Shown piece after piece: positions 29,749 to 40,221 of a stretch of DNA of 64,000 nucleotides. The stretch lies in the NCBI GenBank assembly GCA_021773235.1, contig JAJFKL010000021.1:59540-123539 (forward strand), written 5' to 3'. The notes under the pieces were generated by a model that was given only the letters and a program-made list of their open reading frames with translations, did no database searches and had not been told where the DNA came from. The translations under genes were made by a program, and so were the position numbers. Within the stretch, counting starts at the first letter, position 1. Each line of letters starts with the position of its first letter. Source of the DNA: Gammaproteobacteria bacterium. GTDB lineage: Bacteria > Pseudomonadota > Gammaproteobacteria > Eutrophobiales > Eutrophobiaceae.

Positions 29749-32700
29749 TTATTGATACTGCTTAAAATTGACGCGAAATAATAAGCTATATAAAACCGGC
29801 ACAAGTAATAAGGTTAATAAGGTTGCGAAGGCCAAACCAAAAATTATTGAAATCGCCATAGGCCTAAACATAGCGGTGCCACCCCACCATAATGGCATCA
29901 TACCAAATACCGTTGTTGCGGTTGTTAGCAATATTGGTCGTAATCGTTGTATGCACGCGGCAATAACTGCGTCAGTTTCTTCTTTCCCAAGCTCTTCAAC
30001 TTCTATCTTTATTCTATCCAGTAAGACGATAGCATTATTTATAATAATACCGGACAGAGATATCAATCCTAATATAGTAAAGAATCCGAATGATGATCCT
30101 GCTATGAATAACCCATAGGAAACACCAATTAGACCCAATGGTATGGTGGTTAAGATTATGAACGGTCGTCTCACAGAATTAAATTGACCAACAAGAAGTA
30201 ATAATATCAACATTGCGGCAATGGGTAATTTAGCCGCAATGGAGGCGTTAGCCTGACCAGACTCTTCCGCTTCACCACCTTCCTCGTAGCTATAATCTCT
30301 TGGCCAACTCGCTTGTGCTTCTTCTAACCATGGCGATAGTGATGAATTTACTTCTGCAGCGGTCGCTTCTGGCCTGAGTTGCGCTTTCAGAGTAATCGTT
30401 CTATTTCGATCTCGGCGTTCAATCTTGCCCGGTTCAAAAACCAGCTTAACGTCAGCGACCTGCTTTAAAGGAACTGATTCTCCAGTCGATTGGGAATAGA
30501 TACTTGTTCCATCTAATTTACTGATATCTTGTCTATCTGCAGCAATGGAACGTAATGTAATTGGTATTAACTTATCATCTTCACGATATTCTGTCATATC
30601 AATGCCTGACAGACTTGCTTTTAAGGAATAAGCAACATCATCGCTTGTTACGCCTGCGCGTCTTGCGCGTTCTTGGTCAACGTCGACTAATAATTTCTTT
30701 GTTTTTTTACCCCAAGTACTTTTTACTGATGAAATTAAAGACTCATCATATAAGCGATTTGTGACCTCATCGGCAATTTTATAAAGCTGTTCAAACTCTG
30801 GGCCTGATATTCTAATCTGTATGGGGTAACCGACCGGCGGGCCATTTTCAAAGCGACTCAGTTTAACGCCTAAATCAGGATAATTCTGTTTCGCATATCC
30901 TTCGATACCTTTAATGACTTCTTCGGCATCTTTACTATCTACAGTATTAGCAACAAAAAACGAATTAGCCGGATTCTGTTTAGGTGGATCAAGTGCTAGG
31001 TCAAAACGTGGACCACCATCTCCGATAAATGTCAGCCAGTTTTTTATTTTTGCCTGGCCATCTTTAGGATTAAAAAATGTTTGTTCTACATATCGATCAA
31101 TATCAGACATGACAGCCTGACTAGTTTCAATGGAAGTTCCCAGTGGCATTTCAAAACTACCGTTAAAGACAGGGTCTTCAGACTGTTCAATAAATATTTT
31201 GGGAACATATCCCATGACTTGAATGGCAGAAAAGAATAGTGCCAACATTAATAGTCCAAACCAGACTTTATGTTTCAATGCAGTCAATAAGACTTTTCTA
31301 TAAATGTTATAAACAAAACTATTATATTGTTCTCCATTTTCATGCTTTAAAGATTTTTTACATAGCGCTTTCGATGCCAACATGGGTATAACAGTCATCG
31401 CCAAAAACCATGAGGTAAGTAAAGTTATAGTAACCACATAAAAAATATCTGCAGTGTATTCACCAACCGCAGACTCTGCTAATGCTATAGGCATAAACGC
31501 GGCGCCTGTCGTCAATGAAGATACGAGTAAGGGTAAAAGTAATTCTCGGCCTGATTCAATTGCCGCTTCAACAGACGATAATCCTTGATCATATTTAACG
31601 ATGACTGATTCAACCATAACGATGGCATTATCAACTAATAAACCCAGTGAAATAATTAACGCTGCTAGGGAAATCTGATTAATCGTAATACCAAATATTT
31701 GCATCAGATAAAGCGCTATGATCATAGCCGATGGGATAAGTGCTGCAACAACGATACCTGTCCGCAAGCCTAAAGTGATCAACATGACTAAACACACAAT
31801 AGCAACAGCCTGAAATAAATTACTGATAAAATTATCGACATTATCTTTTACCAGATTCGCCTGAAACCAAATTTTTTCCAATTCAATACCCCAAGGGTAT
31901 TGTTGACGAATAAGTGGAATCGCTTGGTCTAATTTTTCCCCTAGCTTCAAAATATCGCCACCATCGCGCATAGAGATCGCAATGGCTAAAGAAGGTTTGC
32001 CATTAACACGTGTCACGCTTTTTGGCGGGTCAGTATAATCACGATAAATATTTGCTATATCTCCCAAGTAAACAACATTACCATTTGGTAATTGAATTAC
32101 TGTACTGCGCAACTCATCAATCGATTCAAAATTACCAGTAGGTTCAAGCACGATACGTTCGCGGCCAGTGAGGATATCCCCGCCAGAAGATAAAATATTA
32201 GCTGTTGATAAAACACCCGATAATTGTTGTGGTGAAACGCCCAATTCTGCTAATCGCGCATTGTTATATTCAACAAAAATTGATTCTTCTTGGGCACCAT
32301 GTATATCTACCTTTGCGACTTCCTGTATTTTTAACAATCGGTCACGTATATCATCAGCAACCTCTTTTAGTTCAGCATAGCTATAACCATCACCGGTCAG
32401 GGTATAGACACTACCAAAGACATCACCAAATTCATCATTAACAAAAGGACCCTCTATACCATCTGGCAGGTCCTGTTTAACATCTTCCACTTTACGTCGC
32501 ATATCATCAAAGATGGGACGCATGTTTTTATAAGACTCTAGAAAGTTAACATTAATAATTGAAATGCCATTACGGGATTCACTTGTAATGAAGTCCACTT
32601 CTGGCATCTCTTGAACTTTCTTTTCCAGTTTGTCAGTAACCAACAACTCAACTCGCTCTGGATTAGCACCAGGAAATTGTGTAGAGATAACGGCAACACG

Positions 32701-32826
32701 AACAACAAAGCCTGGATCACGGGCCTTGGGTAACTGTACGTAGGCACTGATACCACTAAGTATCAGGATGGTCACTAATATTATCGTGACGCGATCATAA
32801 CGAAATGCGAGTTGAGTAATGTTCAT
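29749..32826 (-). CDS. RND efflux permease
   Basis: 1025 aa; FPGANPERVELLVT, NDEFGDVF, TM4 GLLVDNAIV, TM11 RLRPILLTT. Confidence 0.93.
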   Translation of the reverse strand: MNITQLAFRYDRVTIILVTILILSGISAYVQLPKARDPGFVVRVAVISTQFPGANPERVELLVTDKLEKKVQEMPEVDFITSESRNGISIINVNFLESYKNMRPIFDDMRRKVEDVKQDLPDGIEGPFVNDEFGDVFGSVYTLTGDGYSYAELKEVADDIRDRLLKIQEVAKVDIHGAQEESIFVEYNNARLAELGVSPQQLSGVLSTANILSSGGDILTGRERIVLEPTGNFESIDELRSTVIQLPNGNVVYLGDIANIYRDYTDPPKSVTRVNGKPSLAIAISMRDGGDILKLGEKLDQAIPLIRQQYPWGIELEKIWFQANLVKDNVDNFISNLFQAVAIVCLVMLITLGLRTGIVVAALIPSAMIIALYLMQIFGITINQISLAALIISLGLLVDNAIVMVESVIVKYDQGLSSVEAAIESGRELLLPLLVSSLTTGAAFMPIALAESAVGEYTADIFYVVTITLLTSWFLAMTVIPMLASKALCKKSLKHENGEQYNSFVYNIYRKVLLTALKHKVWFGLLMLALFFSAIQVMGYVPKIFIEQSEDPVFNGSFEMPLGTSIETSQAVMSDIDRYVEQTFFNPKDGQAKIKNWLTFIGDGGPRFDLALDPPKQNPANSFFVANTVDSKDAEEVIKGIEGYAKQNYPDLGVKLSRFENGPPVGYPIQIRISGPEFEQLYKIADEVTNRLYDESLISSVKSTWGKKTKKLLVDVDQERARRAGVTSDDVAYSLKASLSGIDMTEYREDDKLIPITLRSIAADRQDISKLDGTSIYSQSTGESVPLKQVADVKLVFEPGKIERRDRNRTITLKAQLRPEATAAEVNSSLSPWLEEAQASWPRDYSYEEGGEAEESGQANASIAAKLPIAAMLILLLLVGQFNSVRRPFIILTTIPLGLIGVSYGLFIAGSSFGFFTILGLISLSGIIINNAIVLLDRIKIEVEELGKEETDAVIAACIQRLRPILLTTATTVFGMMPLWWGGTAMFRPMAISIIFGLAFATLLTLLLVPVLYSLLFRVNFKQYQ

Positions 32827-32828
32827 GT

Positions 32829-33923
32829 CTAATCGATTAAAACTTTTAGTCCCGGCCGAATAACATTAACACCTGCGACAACCACTTTATCACCATCCTT
32901 AACGCCCTCAATGATTTCCAAGCCAGTGGGAGACAATTCACCTGTGCTTACTGTTTGTCGTTTGACCAGACCCACGCCTGTTTCATTTGTTTCCTCGACG
33001 AGGAAAACATAACGGCCTGTCACATCTTCGCCGACAGCAACGGCAGGAATTATAAAGTTCGATTTGCCATTGCTCATATCAAAAGCAAAAGAAACTTGAG
33101 CGGCCAACCCGGAGCGAAGTCCATTTGAGGTATCATTTAATGCTACAGTCACTGTGTAGGTTGCACCCGCGATAGATGCAACGCCTACTTCTGTGACCTT
33201 TGCAGGAAATATTTTTTCAGGAATTGAACTAAAACTTACAGCAGCGTCCATATCTCTTTTTATCAAGGCGATCAGGCTTTCCGGAACTGCTAATTCAACT
33301 TCCAGGCGATCACCACAAGTAACAGATACAATAGTTTGACCGGCGGAGACATTTTCATTCATCTCTGTCAGTACATCAGCGACCCCACAAGGCTCGGTCG
33401 CTTTTAATTTAGTATAGGAAACATTTAAGCGCGCCAATTCCAATGCTTTTCTTGCAACACTGACTTGCGCCTTGCTTGACTCTGCCGTAGCTCTAGATGA
33501 ATCCAGGTCATTTCTGGAAGCATTATTATTTTCATACAAACCTTTTACCCTTTCGAAGTTAGATTGAGCATTACGTAAAGTAGCTTCTACTTGTGACAAG
33601 TTTGCAAAGGCTTGTTGTGCTTCCAGTTGATATTGTGAAGGATCGATTTCTGAAATTAGTTGTCCAGCTTTTAATTGATCGCCCACTTCAACCGGGACAG
33701 ATTGAATCGCCCCGCCTACTCTAAAACTTAAGTTGGATTCCTGACCTGCCTTGGCCAATCCCGAAAAAGTACGCATGGTCCCGGCTTCAATAGATGAGAC
33801 TGTGATATAACGGACTGGCCGTAATTCTATCTCTGCGTTAGTTGTATCATCCGTGTTTTCGCCACAGGCACTCAAGAGAAAAAATGAGATTGCTGGCACA
33901 CATAGTTTTATTAAGTTGTTCAT
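32829..33923 (-). CDS. RND periplasmic adaptor (lipoprotein MFP)
   Basis: Start reassigned to ATG 33923 (MNNLIKL...LLSAC lipobox); LSFRVGG...VEVGD lipoyl motif. Confidence 0.9.
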   Translation of the reverse strand: MNNLIKLCVPAISFFLLSACGENTDDTTNAEIELRPVRYITVSSIEAGTMRTFSGLAKAGQESNLSFRVGGAIQSVPVEVGDQLKAGQLISEIDPSQYQLEAQQAFANLSQVEATLRNAQSNFERVKGLYENNNASRNDLDSSRATAESSKAQVSVARKALELARLNVSYTKLKATEPCGVADVLTEMNENVSAGQTIVSVTCGDRLEVELAVPESLIALIKRDMDAAVSFSSIPEKIFPAKVTEVGVASIAGATYTVTVALNDTSNGLRSGLAAQVSFAFDMSNGKSNFIIPAVAVGEDVTGRYVFLVEETNETGVGLVKRQTVSTGELSPTGLEIIEGVKDGDKVVVAGVNVIRPGLKVLID

Positions 33924-33948
33924 ATTTCCGTTCCCGAAACAGGCTGAT

Positions 33949-36297
33949 TTAACGATTCCTCGCCTTGTAATATTGATCCAGCTCTTGATACCAATATTCG
34001 AATCCATCCTCTGTCAGTAATAGATCAAAATTTGCTACCGAGCGTTGTATTTCTATCCAATCGATCATAAAAGTATATTGTGCTTCTACCGCAGAGAGGT
34101 TTGCTGCTAGCGACGCATCTTGCGCATCAATTAAATCTGTAATTGACACAGCACCTTTTGAATATGCATCGATTACCAAAAACAGGTTTTCCTTCGCTGC
34201 ATCAGCAGCGTCTCTTGATAAGCGAATTGCAGGATAACTCCCACTTGCTTGTTGTATTGCAGACCTTACACGCGCTTCTATTTGTTCTTTTGTATTTGCA
34301 CGTTGATAGCGGCTTTGAATTAATGTGTTATTAGCTCTTGAGACTGCTGCCTTTCTGGCTCCACCAGCAAATAAAGGTAAGGTTGCCTGCAAACCGATAG
34401 TCCATTGGTCATCAGATAGATTTGAATTATCTCCCAAACCACCTCGTTCAATATTACGTCCATATTGTGTGTTTAGGTTTATATCAGGCACATAATATGC
34501 GCGTTCAGTGGCGAGTAATTGTCGTTGGTTAGATGAGATAATAAAGTCTGTTTGTTCTAATTCGGGTGAATTATTGAGTGCACGTTCGACTTCAAATTCA
34601 GTAAAAACATCAAAGCTAAGAGGATTATCAAAAAAGCGTTGAAAACGTTCACTATCGAGAATGACCAATAAATCAGCAATACCATTATCGGTTACTGCAA
34701 TGGCTTCCGATAGAGTCATATTCAATTGTCGTTTTAATTCTGTTTCAGACTGATCGCGTAATGATTGAGCTGAATACAAATTGCGTCTATCGGTCGCCAA
34801 CTGGCTTTGCCAGCGTAACACTTCTGAGCGATCGGTATAGCCAATCTTTAAACGTGTCTCTGCTAATTCAAGATTTGTTTCTGTAACAGCCAGATTGGAT
34901 CGTCTTACTTTTTCTGTCGCATTTGCTAATAATAACTGTAAATAGGCCGTTGAGCTTGTACTTATCACGTTCAGAATACTGCTTCTCAATGCAGCAGATT
35001 CAGCTTGCTGAAGCAACTTAGCTATCTCGTAGCCCGATTTATTAGTTTCAGAATAAATAACCTGACTCGCTGTCAGTTCTGAATCAGATGAACGTTGTGC
35101 CTGCGATAATCCAGCACGGTCGCGATCAATCTGCGATATGCCAGCACCAATACTAAATTGTGGTAGTAATGGTGAACGTGCATTTTTGACATCATCCTTT
35201 GATAACGCCAAATCCAGCTTATCAATTTGTAATGAAAGGTTCGAACTAATCGCTTTTTGTATTGCTTCAACCAAACTCACAGAGACTTTGTTGTTAGTAA
35301 CTTCTTCATAAAGCAGATCTGCCGATTCCAAAGATTGCCATTTAGGAGAAAAACCAATTGCCCTTGCCGTGCGCATATTGATTGCTAACTTTTGTGGTTG
35401 TTCAAGTTCGATTTTTAATGTTGATGCATTTGAGCCCAGTAATATACTCTGCATATATAAAGCAATGCGCCTTGCATAGCGTATGGTATCCACCTCACGC
35501 CCACTTGAAGTGGCAAGCAGACCCATTTCAAGTTCGACTCGGCCTAGTAAAGAGAAACTTGGAATCTTACGTTCAACCAAGTTACTGGCAAAGCGCTTGA
35601 AATCCTCTTCACTAAAGCGTAACAACGGTGGGACATAAATCGCATCTATTGTTGGTGGCAGTGTTTGTAGAGTACTTTCCGGATCATCAATAACCGGTAA
35701 TAAGGATAACTCAAACCCGAGTTCTTCCTGTACGCTATAAGTTGCTCCACGTAATTGTGGCAATGCTTCCAGGAACAATTTATCAACTACGATTGCCAAA
35801 TGTTTATATTGGTTTAATTCATAAAACTGACGCAGATCATCAGCAATGGTTCGCCCTTCACTGACATAGACATAATTATGTTTACCACTAGCTTCGTCTT
35901 TATATGGTAATTCCTGCAATATACGATCAGCCACAATCGGAGCAATAACCGGCTTGTTTAATGTTTCAATTTGAGCAGCTTGATGTGAACTCAACAAACC
36001 ATTGGCAATGATCATGTCCACTGAAGGATCATTCAATAATTCATGTAAGCTTTTATTAATTCCATCAACACGCCAGTTACCATGCAAGACCTTATCTTGA
36101 GGAAATTCTATATTGAATTCACCAGCAGTTAATTCCTTTACTTCTTTTATGATTTGATTGATTGGAAGTATTTCACGTTTGATTGGTCCATCTAAAACAA
36201 TGCCAACGCGAATAGTATCTACAGCTTGTACTGAAGACAGCGAAAGAATAAAGAGTATAAAAAGATAGTTAATTTTTTTAACTAATTTTGACATCAT
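33949..36297 (-). CDS. TolC-family outer-membrane factor fused to an N-terminal ABC-type periplasmic substrate-binding domain
   Basis: Signal peptide, then about 310 aa of periplasmic-binding-protein-like alpha/beta domain ending LAINMRTARAIGF (typical ABC_sub_bind/PF04392 tail), then OEP repeats (SLVEAIQKAISSN, LLPQFS, AYLQLL, YYVPDINL, LPLFAGG, YSKGAVSITDLIDAQ). Start at 36297 or 36294. Confidence 0.85.
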   Translation of the reverse strand: MMSKLVKKINYLFILFILSLSSVQAVDTIRVGIVLDGPIKREILPINQIIKEVKELTAGEFNIEFPQDKVLHGNWRVDGINKSLHELLNDPSVDMIIANGLLSSHQAAQIETLNKPVIAPIVADRILQELPYKDEASGKHNYVYVSEGRTIADDLRQFYELNQYKHLAIVVDKLFLEALPQLRGATYSVQEELGFELSLLPVIDDPESTLQTLPPTIDAIYVPPLLRFSEEDFKRFASNLVERKIPSFSLLGRVELEMGLLATSSGREVDTIRYARRIALYMQSILLGSNASTLKIELEQPQKLAINMRTARAIGFSPKWQSLESADLLYEEVTNNKVSVSLVEAIQKAISSNLSLQIDKLDLALSKDDVKNARSPLLPQFSIGAGISQIDRDRAGLSQAQRSSDSELTASQVIYSETNKSGYEIAKLLQQAESAALRSSILNVISTSSTAYLQLLLANATEKVRRSNLAVTETNLELAETRLKIGYTDRSEVLRWQSQLATDRRNLYSAQSLRDQSETELKRQLNMTLSEAIAVTDNGIADLLVILDSERFQRFFDNPLSFDVFTEFEVERALNNSPELEQTDFIISSNQRQLLATERAYYVPDINLNTQYGRNIERGGLGDNSNLSDDQWTIGLQATLPLFAGGARKAAVSRANNTLIQSRYQRANTKEQIEARVRSAIQQASGSYPAIRLSRDAADAAKENLFLVIDAYSKGAVSITDLIDAQDASLAANLSAVEAQYTFMIDWIEIQRSVANFDLLLTEDGFEYWYQELDQYYKARNR

Positions 36298-36301
36298 TAC
36301 A

Positions 36302-37093
36302 CTATACGGCAATAGGCGCAGTGATTTTTGGATGCGCCTCGTAATTTATTAACTCAAAATCTTCGTAACTAAATGCCAGTATATCGTTTATATTTGGGTT
36401 GATTCTCATCTCGGGAAGCGGAAAAGGTTTACGTGATATTTGTTCTTCAACTTGTTCAAAATGGTTTAAATAAATATGTGCATCACCAAAGGTATGCACA
36501 AACTCTCCAACTTTAAGTCCAGTTACCTGTGCAATCATCATTAATAGCAAAGAGTAAGATGCAATATTAAACGGCACGCCCAGAAAAATATCTGCGCTAC
36601 GTTGGTAGAGTTGGCAAGAGAGCTTTCCATCAGCAACATAAAACTGAAACAAGGCATGGCAAGGCATCAACGCCATTTGATCCAATTCACCGACGTTCCA
36701 TGCACTGACAATCAAGCGACGCGAATCTGGGTTTTGTTTTATTTGTTCAATGACGTCTGTGATTTGATCTATAGTCTTGTCTGTCGTGTTCCATGATCGC
36801 CATTGTGCACCATAAACCGGACCTAAATCACCATGCTCATCAGCCCATTCATCCCAGATGGATACACCATTATCCTTAAGGTATTGAATGTTTGTGTTAC
36901 CTTGCAAAAACCAGAGCAATTCATAAATAATCGATTTCAGATGACATTTCTTGGTTGTCACTAATGGAAAACCATTATTTAAATCAAATCGCATTTGATA
37001 ACCAAAGACGCTAATAGTCCCGGTACCCGTACGATCCTCTTTTTTTGTGCCATTTGATTTTACATGGCGTAATAAATCCAGATATTGCTGCAC
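36302..37093 (-). CDS. thyA: Thymidylate synthase
   Basis: [36 protein letters not shown]; GTG start. Confidence 0.98.
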   Translation of the reverse strand: MQQYLDLLRHVKSNGTKKEDRTGTGTISVFGYQMRFDLNNGFPLVTTKKCHLKSIIYELLWFLQGNTNIQYLKDNGVSIWDEWADEHGDLGPVYGAQWRSWNTTDKTIDQITDVIEQIKQNPDSRRLIVSAWNVGELDQMALMPCHALFQFYVADGKLSCQLYQRSADIFLGVPFNIASYSLLLMMIAQVTGLKVGEFVHTFGDAHIYLNHFEQVEEQISRKPFPLPEMRINPNINDILAFSYEDFELINYEAHPKITAPIAV

Positions 37094-37099
37094 TTTTAG

Positions 37100-37891
37100 T
37101 TAATTTCCTTTAGCTCGAAAAGCGATGCCAAATAAGATGAGACCGAATAATATCATAGGAGCAGAAAGCAACATGCCCATAGTTACGAAATCAAATGCAA
37201 GATAGCCAATATGCGAATCGGGTACCCGGACAAATTCAACCATAAACCTGAAAACGCCATATCCAAACAGGAACAATCCTGAAATTGCCATGGCCGGTCT
37301 GGGTTTGGATGAAAACCACCAGAGGATAATAAATAATATCAGGCCTTCAAGAAATGCTTCGTAAAGCTGCGACGGGTGTCGAGCAATCCCGCCTGCCGCA
37401 GGGTCTGGAAAAATCATCGCCCATGGCAAATTACTTGGTCCACCCCAGAGTTCGCCATTAATAAAGTTACCAATCCGGCCGGTTCCTAATCCAATAGGAA
37501 CAACGGGGGCGATAAAATCAGTAACATTGAAGAAGCGCTTATTGAATTTATGGCAAAAGAACCAGACAGCAGCAAAAACACCTAGCAGGCCACCATGAAA
37601 AGACATGCCTCCTTGTTGAAGATAAATAATCTCTATCGGGTGCTGAAGATAATAAGGCAGATTATAAAAAATCACTGACCCTAGCCGACCACCAATAATA
37701 ATACCCAGCATGGCATAGAAGATAAGGTCTGAAACCTGTTCTGAACTATATCCCCACTGCTCACGGCTACCGCGAAGCCGCAATAACCACCAAGCCGCTA
37801 AAATTCCAAGTATGTAACTGATTCCATACCAATGTATCTGTAGAAACCCAAGGTTTAGAGCAACAGGATCAATATCGGGATAGGTCATCAT
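37100..37891 (-). CDS. lgt: Prolipoprotein diacylglyceryl transferase
   Basis: IHWYG, GGRLG, GGMSFHGG, GRIGNFINGELWG, RHPSQLYEA. Confidence 0.97.
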   Translation of the reverse strand: MMTYPDIDPVALNLGFLQIHWYGISYILGILAAWWLLRLRGSREQWGYSSEQVSDLIFYAMLGIIIGGRLGSVIFYNLPYYLQHPIEIIYLQQGGMSFHGGLLGVFAAVWFFCHKFNKRFFNVTDFIAPVVPIGLGTGRIGNFINGELWGGPSNLPWAMIFPDPAAGGIARHPSQLYEAFLEGLILFIILWWFSSKPRPAMAISGLFLFGYGVFRFMVEFVRVPDSHIGYLAFDFVTMGMLLSAPMILFGLILFGIAFRAKGN

Positions 37892-38049
37892 GGTAAGTAG
37901 GCACTGACATTCAGGTGATCGATAAAGTTAGAATTCTCAGATAATAGTCTGATAAAAAAGGTAAAAATAAGTTTAAGAAATTCGACTTTGCAGCCGCTAT
38001 AAGTCATTAACGTCTCATAATATAGTTTTTATTATTAACGGATACCAAT

Positions 38050-38925
38050 ATGACAGGAAGACAGACGATTTCAAGCGTGAGATTAGAAATTCAAAAAATC
38101 GACCATTTACCCGCTATGCCATCGATAGCGCAAGAGATTCTTATTGCCTCAAATGATGGCAGCAGCGGCTTAGATGATATTGCAAAGATAATAAAAAAAG
38201 ACCCCGCCCTATCTGCAAAAATTATAGGTATGTCTAATTCTGCATTTTTCGGTTTTGGACGGAAAGTCACAACACTGGAACAAGCCATCATTAATGTTCT
38301 CGGTTTAGATTTAGTAAAAGGCTTTGCACTAAGTTTGGCGATGAGCAGTGTATTTAATCCGGAAAAGTGTCAACAGTTCGATTTAAAAAAATATTGGTCT
38401 AGTGCATTTATCACCGCAGAGCTAGCCTCTGGATTTGTAAATCTCATTGATTCAGACCAGACCCTAGACCCTAACCAGCTCTATCTACATGGATTGTTAC
38501 ACAACATAGGTATCCTGGTATTAGTCGACAGGTTTCCAAATATCATGTCCGAGTTATTTACTACTGCAGCAGAAAATAAAGAACAACGTTTAATCGATTA
38601 CGAAACAGAAACTATTGATTTCAACCATCATGAAGCAGGTGCCTGGTTAGGACATAAATGGAAACTCCCATTTGAGATTATCGATATTATCGAACATCAC
38701 CACAATCTGAAATATCAGGAAAGAAATGCTGATACTGTCGTATTAATAGGCCTATGTTCACGAATTTCTCGCCAGTGGATTTTGCAGACGAACTACGATC
38801 CTATGCAAGAGGTTGAGGCTATCAAATCACTTAATATCGATAAAAATGCTTTAGAAAAATATATATCTAAATCATATAAAAAACTTGAAAACATAAACCA
38901 GCTAGTTGATGAGATTGCGAGATAA
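38050..38925 (+). CDS. HDOD domain protein
   Basis: LPAMP, DPALSAKIIGMSNSAFFG, GLLHNIG, NHHEAGAWLGHKWKLP, HHH. Confidence 0.9.
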   Translation: MTGRQTISSVRLEIQKIDHLPAMPSIAQEILIASNDGSSGLDDIAKIIKKDPALSAKIIGMSNSAFFGFGRKVTTLEQAIINVLGLDLVKGFALSLAMSSVFNPEKCQQFDLKKYWSSAFITAELASGFVNLIDSDQTLDPNQLYLHGLLHNIGILVLVDRFPNIMSELFTTAAENKEQRLIDYETETIDFNHHEAGAWLGHKWKLPFEIIDIIEHHHNLKYQERNADTVVLIGLCSRISRQWILQTNYDPMQEVEAIKSLNIDKNALEKYISKSYKKLENINQLVDEIAR

Positions 38926-40120
38926 TACTATGGAACCAATAAAAGACATCATGGGTAAAGTTGAAATACCAGCTGTTGTTAATGCCCAGTTTATGCAGTT
39001 GCTAAACTCGCTATCTGGTCTGAGAATTATCTCGAATTTAGGTAATAAACAACTCAATCGAGATCGCTTAATTGATGCCATGATGCACGCGGTCTTCGAA
39101 CATCTTGAAGCAGAAGAATTGTCACTCTATTTACTTGAAGAAGATTCGCTTAAATGCGTTGCAAACCTAGACTGGAGTGATTTTACTAAAAATAACTCTT
39201 CAATCAATAATAAAACTCATAGCTGTTTAATGAGTGATGGCGTCTTGGGAAAGACAGCCACAAACAAAGAAATTATTCATATACCCAATTGTAAAACATC
39301 AGACGAAAACTTGATCCATTATAAAGCTAATGAGAAAGAAATCGGTTCTTTGATCTGTGCGCCTTTATTGGTTAATGATTCCTTATTAGGTGTCATTGAG
39401 TTAATTCATCCTGAACCAAACCATTTTGATTCATGGCAAGAACACTCCGTGATTATCTACGCAGATTTAATGAGCATGCTCTTAAATAACGACAAACTTA
39501 TGCACAATATGAAAAATATTGTCGATGTTCGTACTGAGGAACTTCGTAATGCCCTTGAAGAGTCTGAAAAATTAAAAGCACGCTATGAAGAAATGTCGGT
39601 TATTGACCCATTAACTAAACTATTTAATCGCCGCTATTTTTATACAGAAGTCACCGCAAGTATGGCCAGGGCAAAACGCTACGCTCAACCCTTCAGTCTG
39701 ATGCTGATGGATCTGGATCATTTTAAGATGGTGAACGATTCACATGGTCATGAATGTGGAGATAGCGTTTTAAAAACCATTGCGGAGATACTTACTCAGT
39801 TCACCCGCGAAGGAGATACGCTTGCTAGAATTGGTGGCGAGGAATTTGTGCTGGCACTGCCCGAAACTAATCCCGTAGGCGCACAAAAACTTGCTAAACG
39901 AATCATATCGACAATTCAAGAAACAGATTGGGATTGCCGGGGAACCAAAATGGATATAACAATGAGCATCGGCCTTTCTTCATTACGTCATCATGAAAAT
40001 GATTTGCTTGATGATGACTTTCAGGTAAGTGACATTCTTAGGGAAGCTGATCGTGCCTTATACTTTGTCAAAGGTCATGGAAGAAACAACATCAAATCTT
40101 ATTCAGAGATTCAAGAATAA
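38906..40120 (+). CDS. GAF-GGDEF diguanylate cyclase
   Basis: GAF domain (SLICAPLL...GVIEL), DPLTKLFNRR, DLDHFKMVNDSHGH, REGD I-site, GGEEF. Start may be ATG 38929. Confidence 0.92.
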   Translation: MMRLRDNTMEPIKDIMGKVEIPAVVNAQFMQLLNSLSGLRIISNLGNKQLNRDRLIDAMMHAVFEHLEAEELSLYLLEEDSLKCVANLDWSDFTKNNSSINNKTHSCLMSDGVLGKTATNKEIIHIPNCKTSDENLIHYKANEKEIGSLICAPLLVNDSLLGVIELIHPEPNHFDSWQEHSVIIYADLMSMLLNNDKLMHNMKNIVDVRTEELRNALEESEKLKARYEEMSVIDPLTKLFNRRYFYTEVTASMARAKRYAQPFSLMLMDLDHFKMVNDSHGHECGDSVLKTIAEILTQFTREGDTLARIGGEEFVLALPETNPVGAQKLAKRIISTIQETDWDCRGTKMDITMSIGLSSLRHHENDLLDDDFQVSDILREADRALYFVKGHGRNNIKSYSEIQE

Positions 40121-40221
40121 CGGTTCACCACAACATTTATACTACCCCTGCTTCAACTTCTCTAAATCACAAATAAATTTGTGGTTCCCCTTGATTTAGT
40201 CTACTAAAACTAGAATGATAC

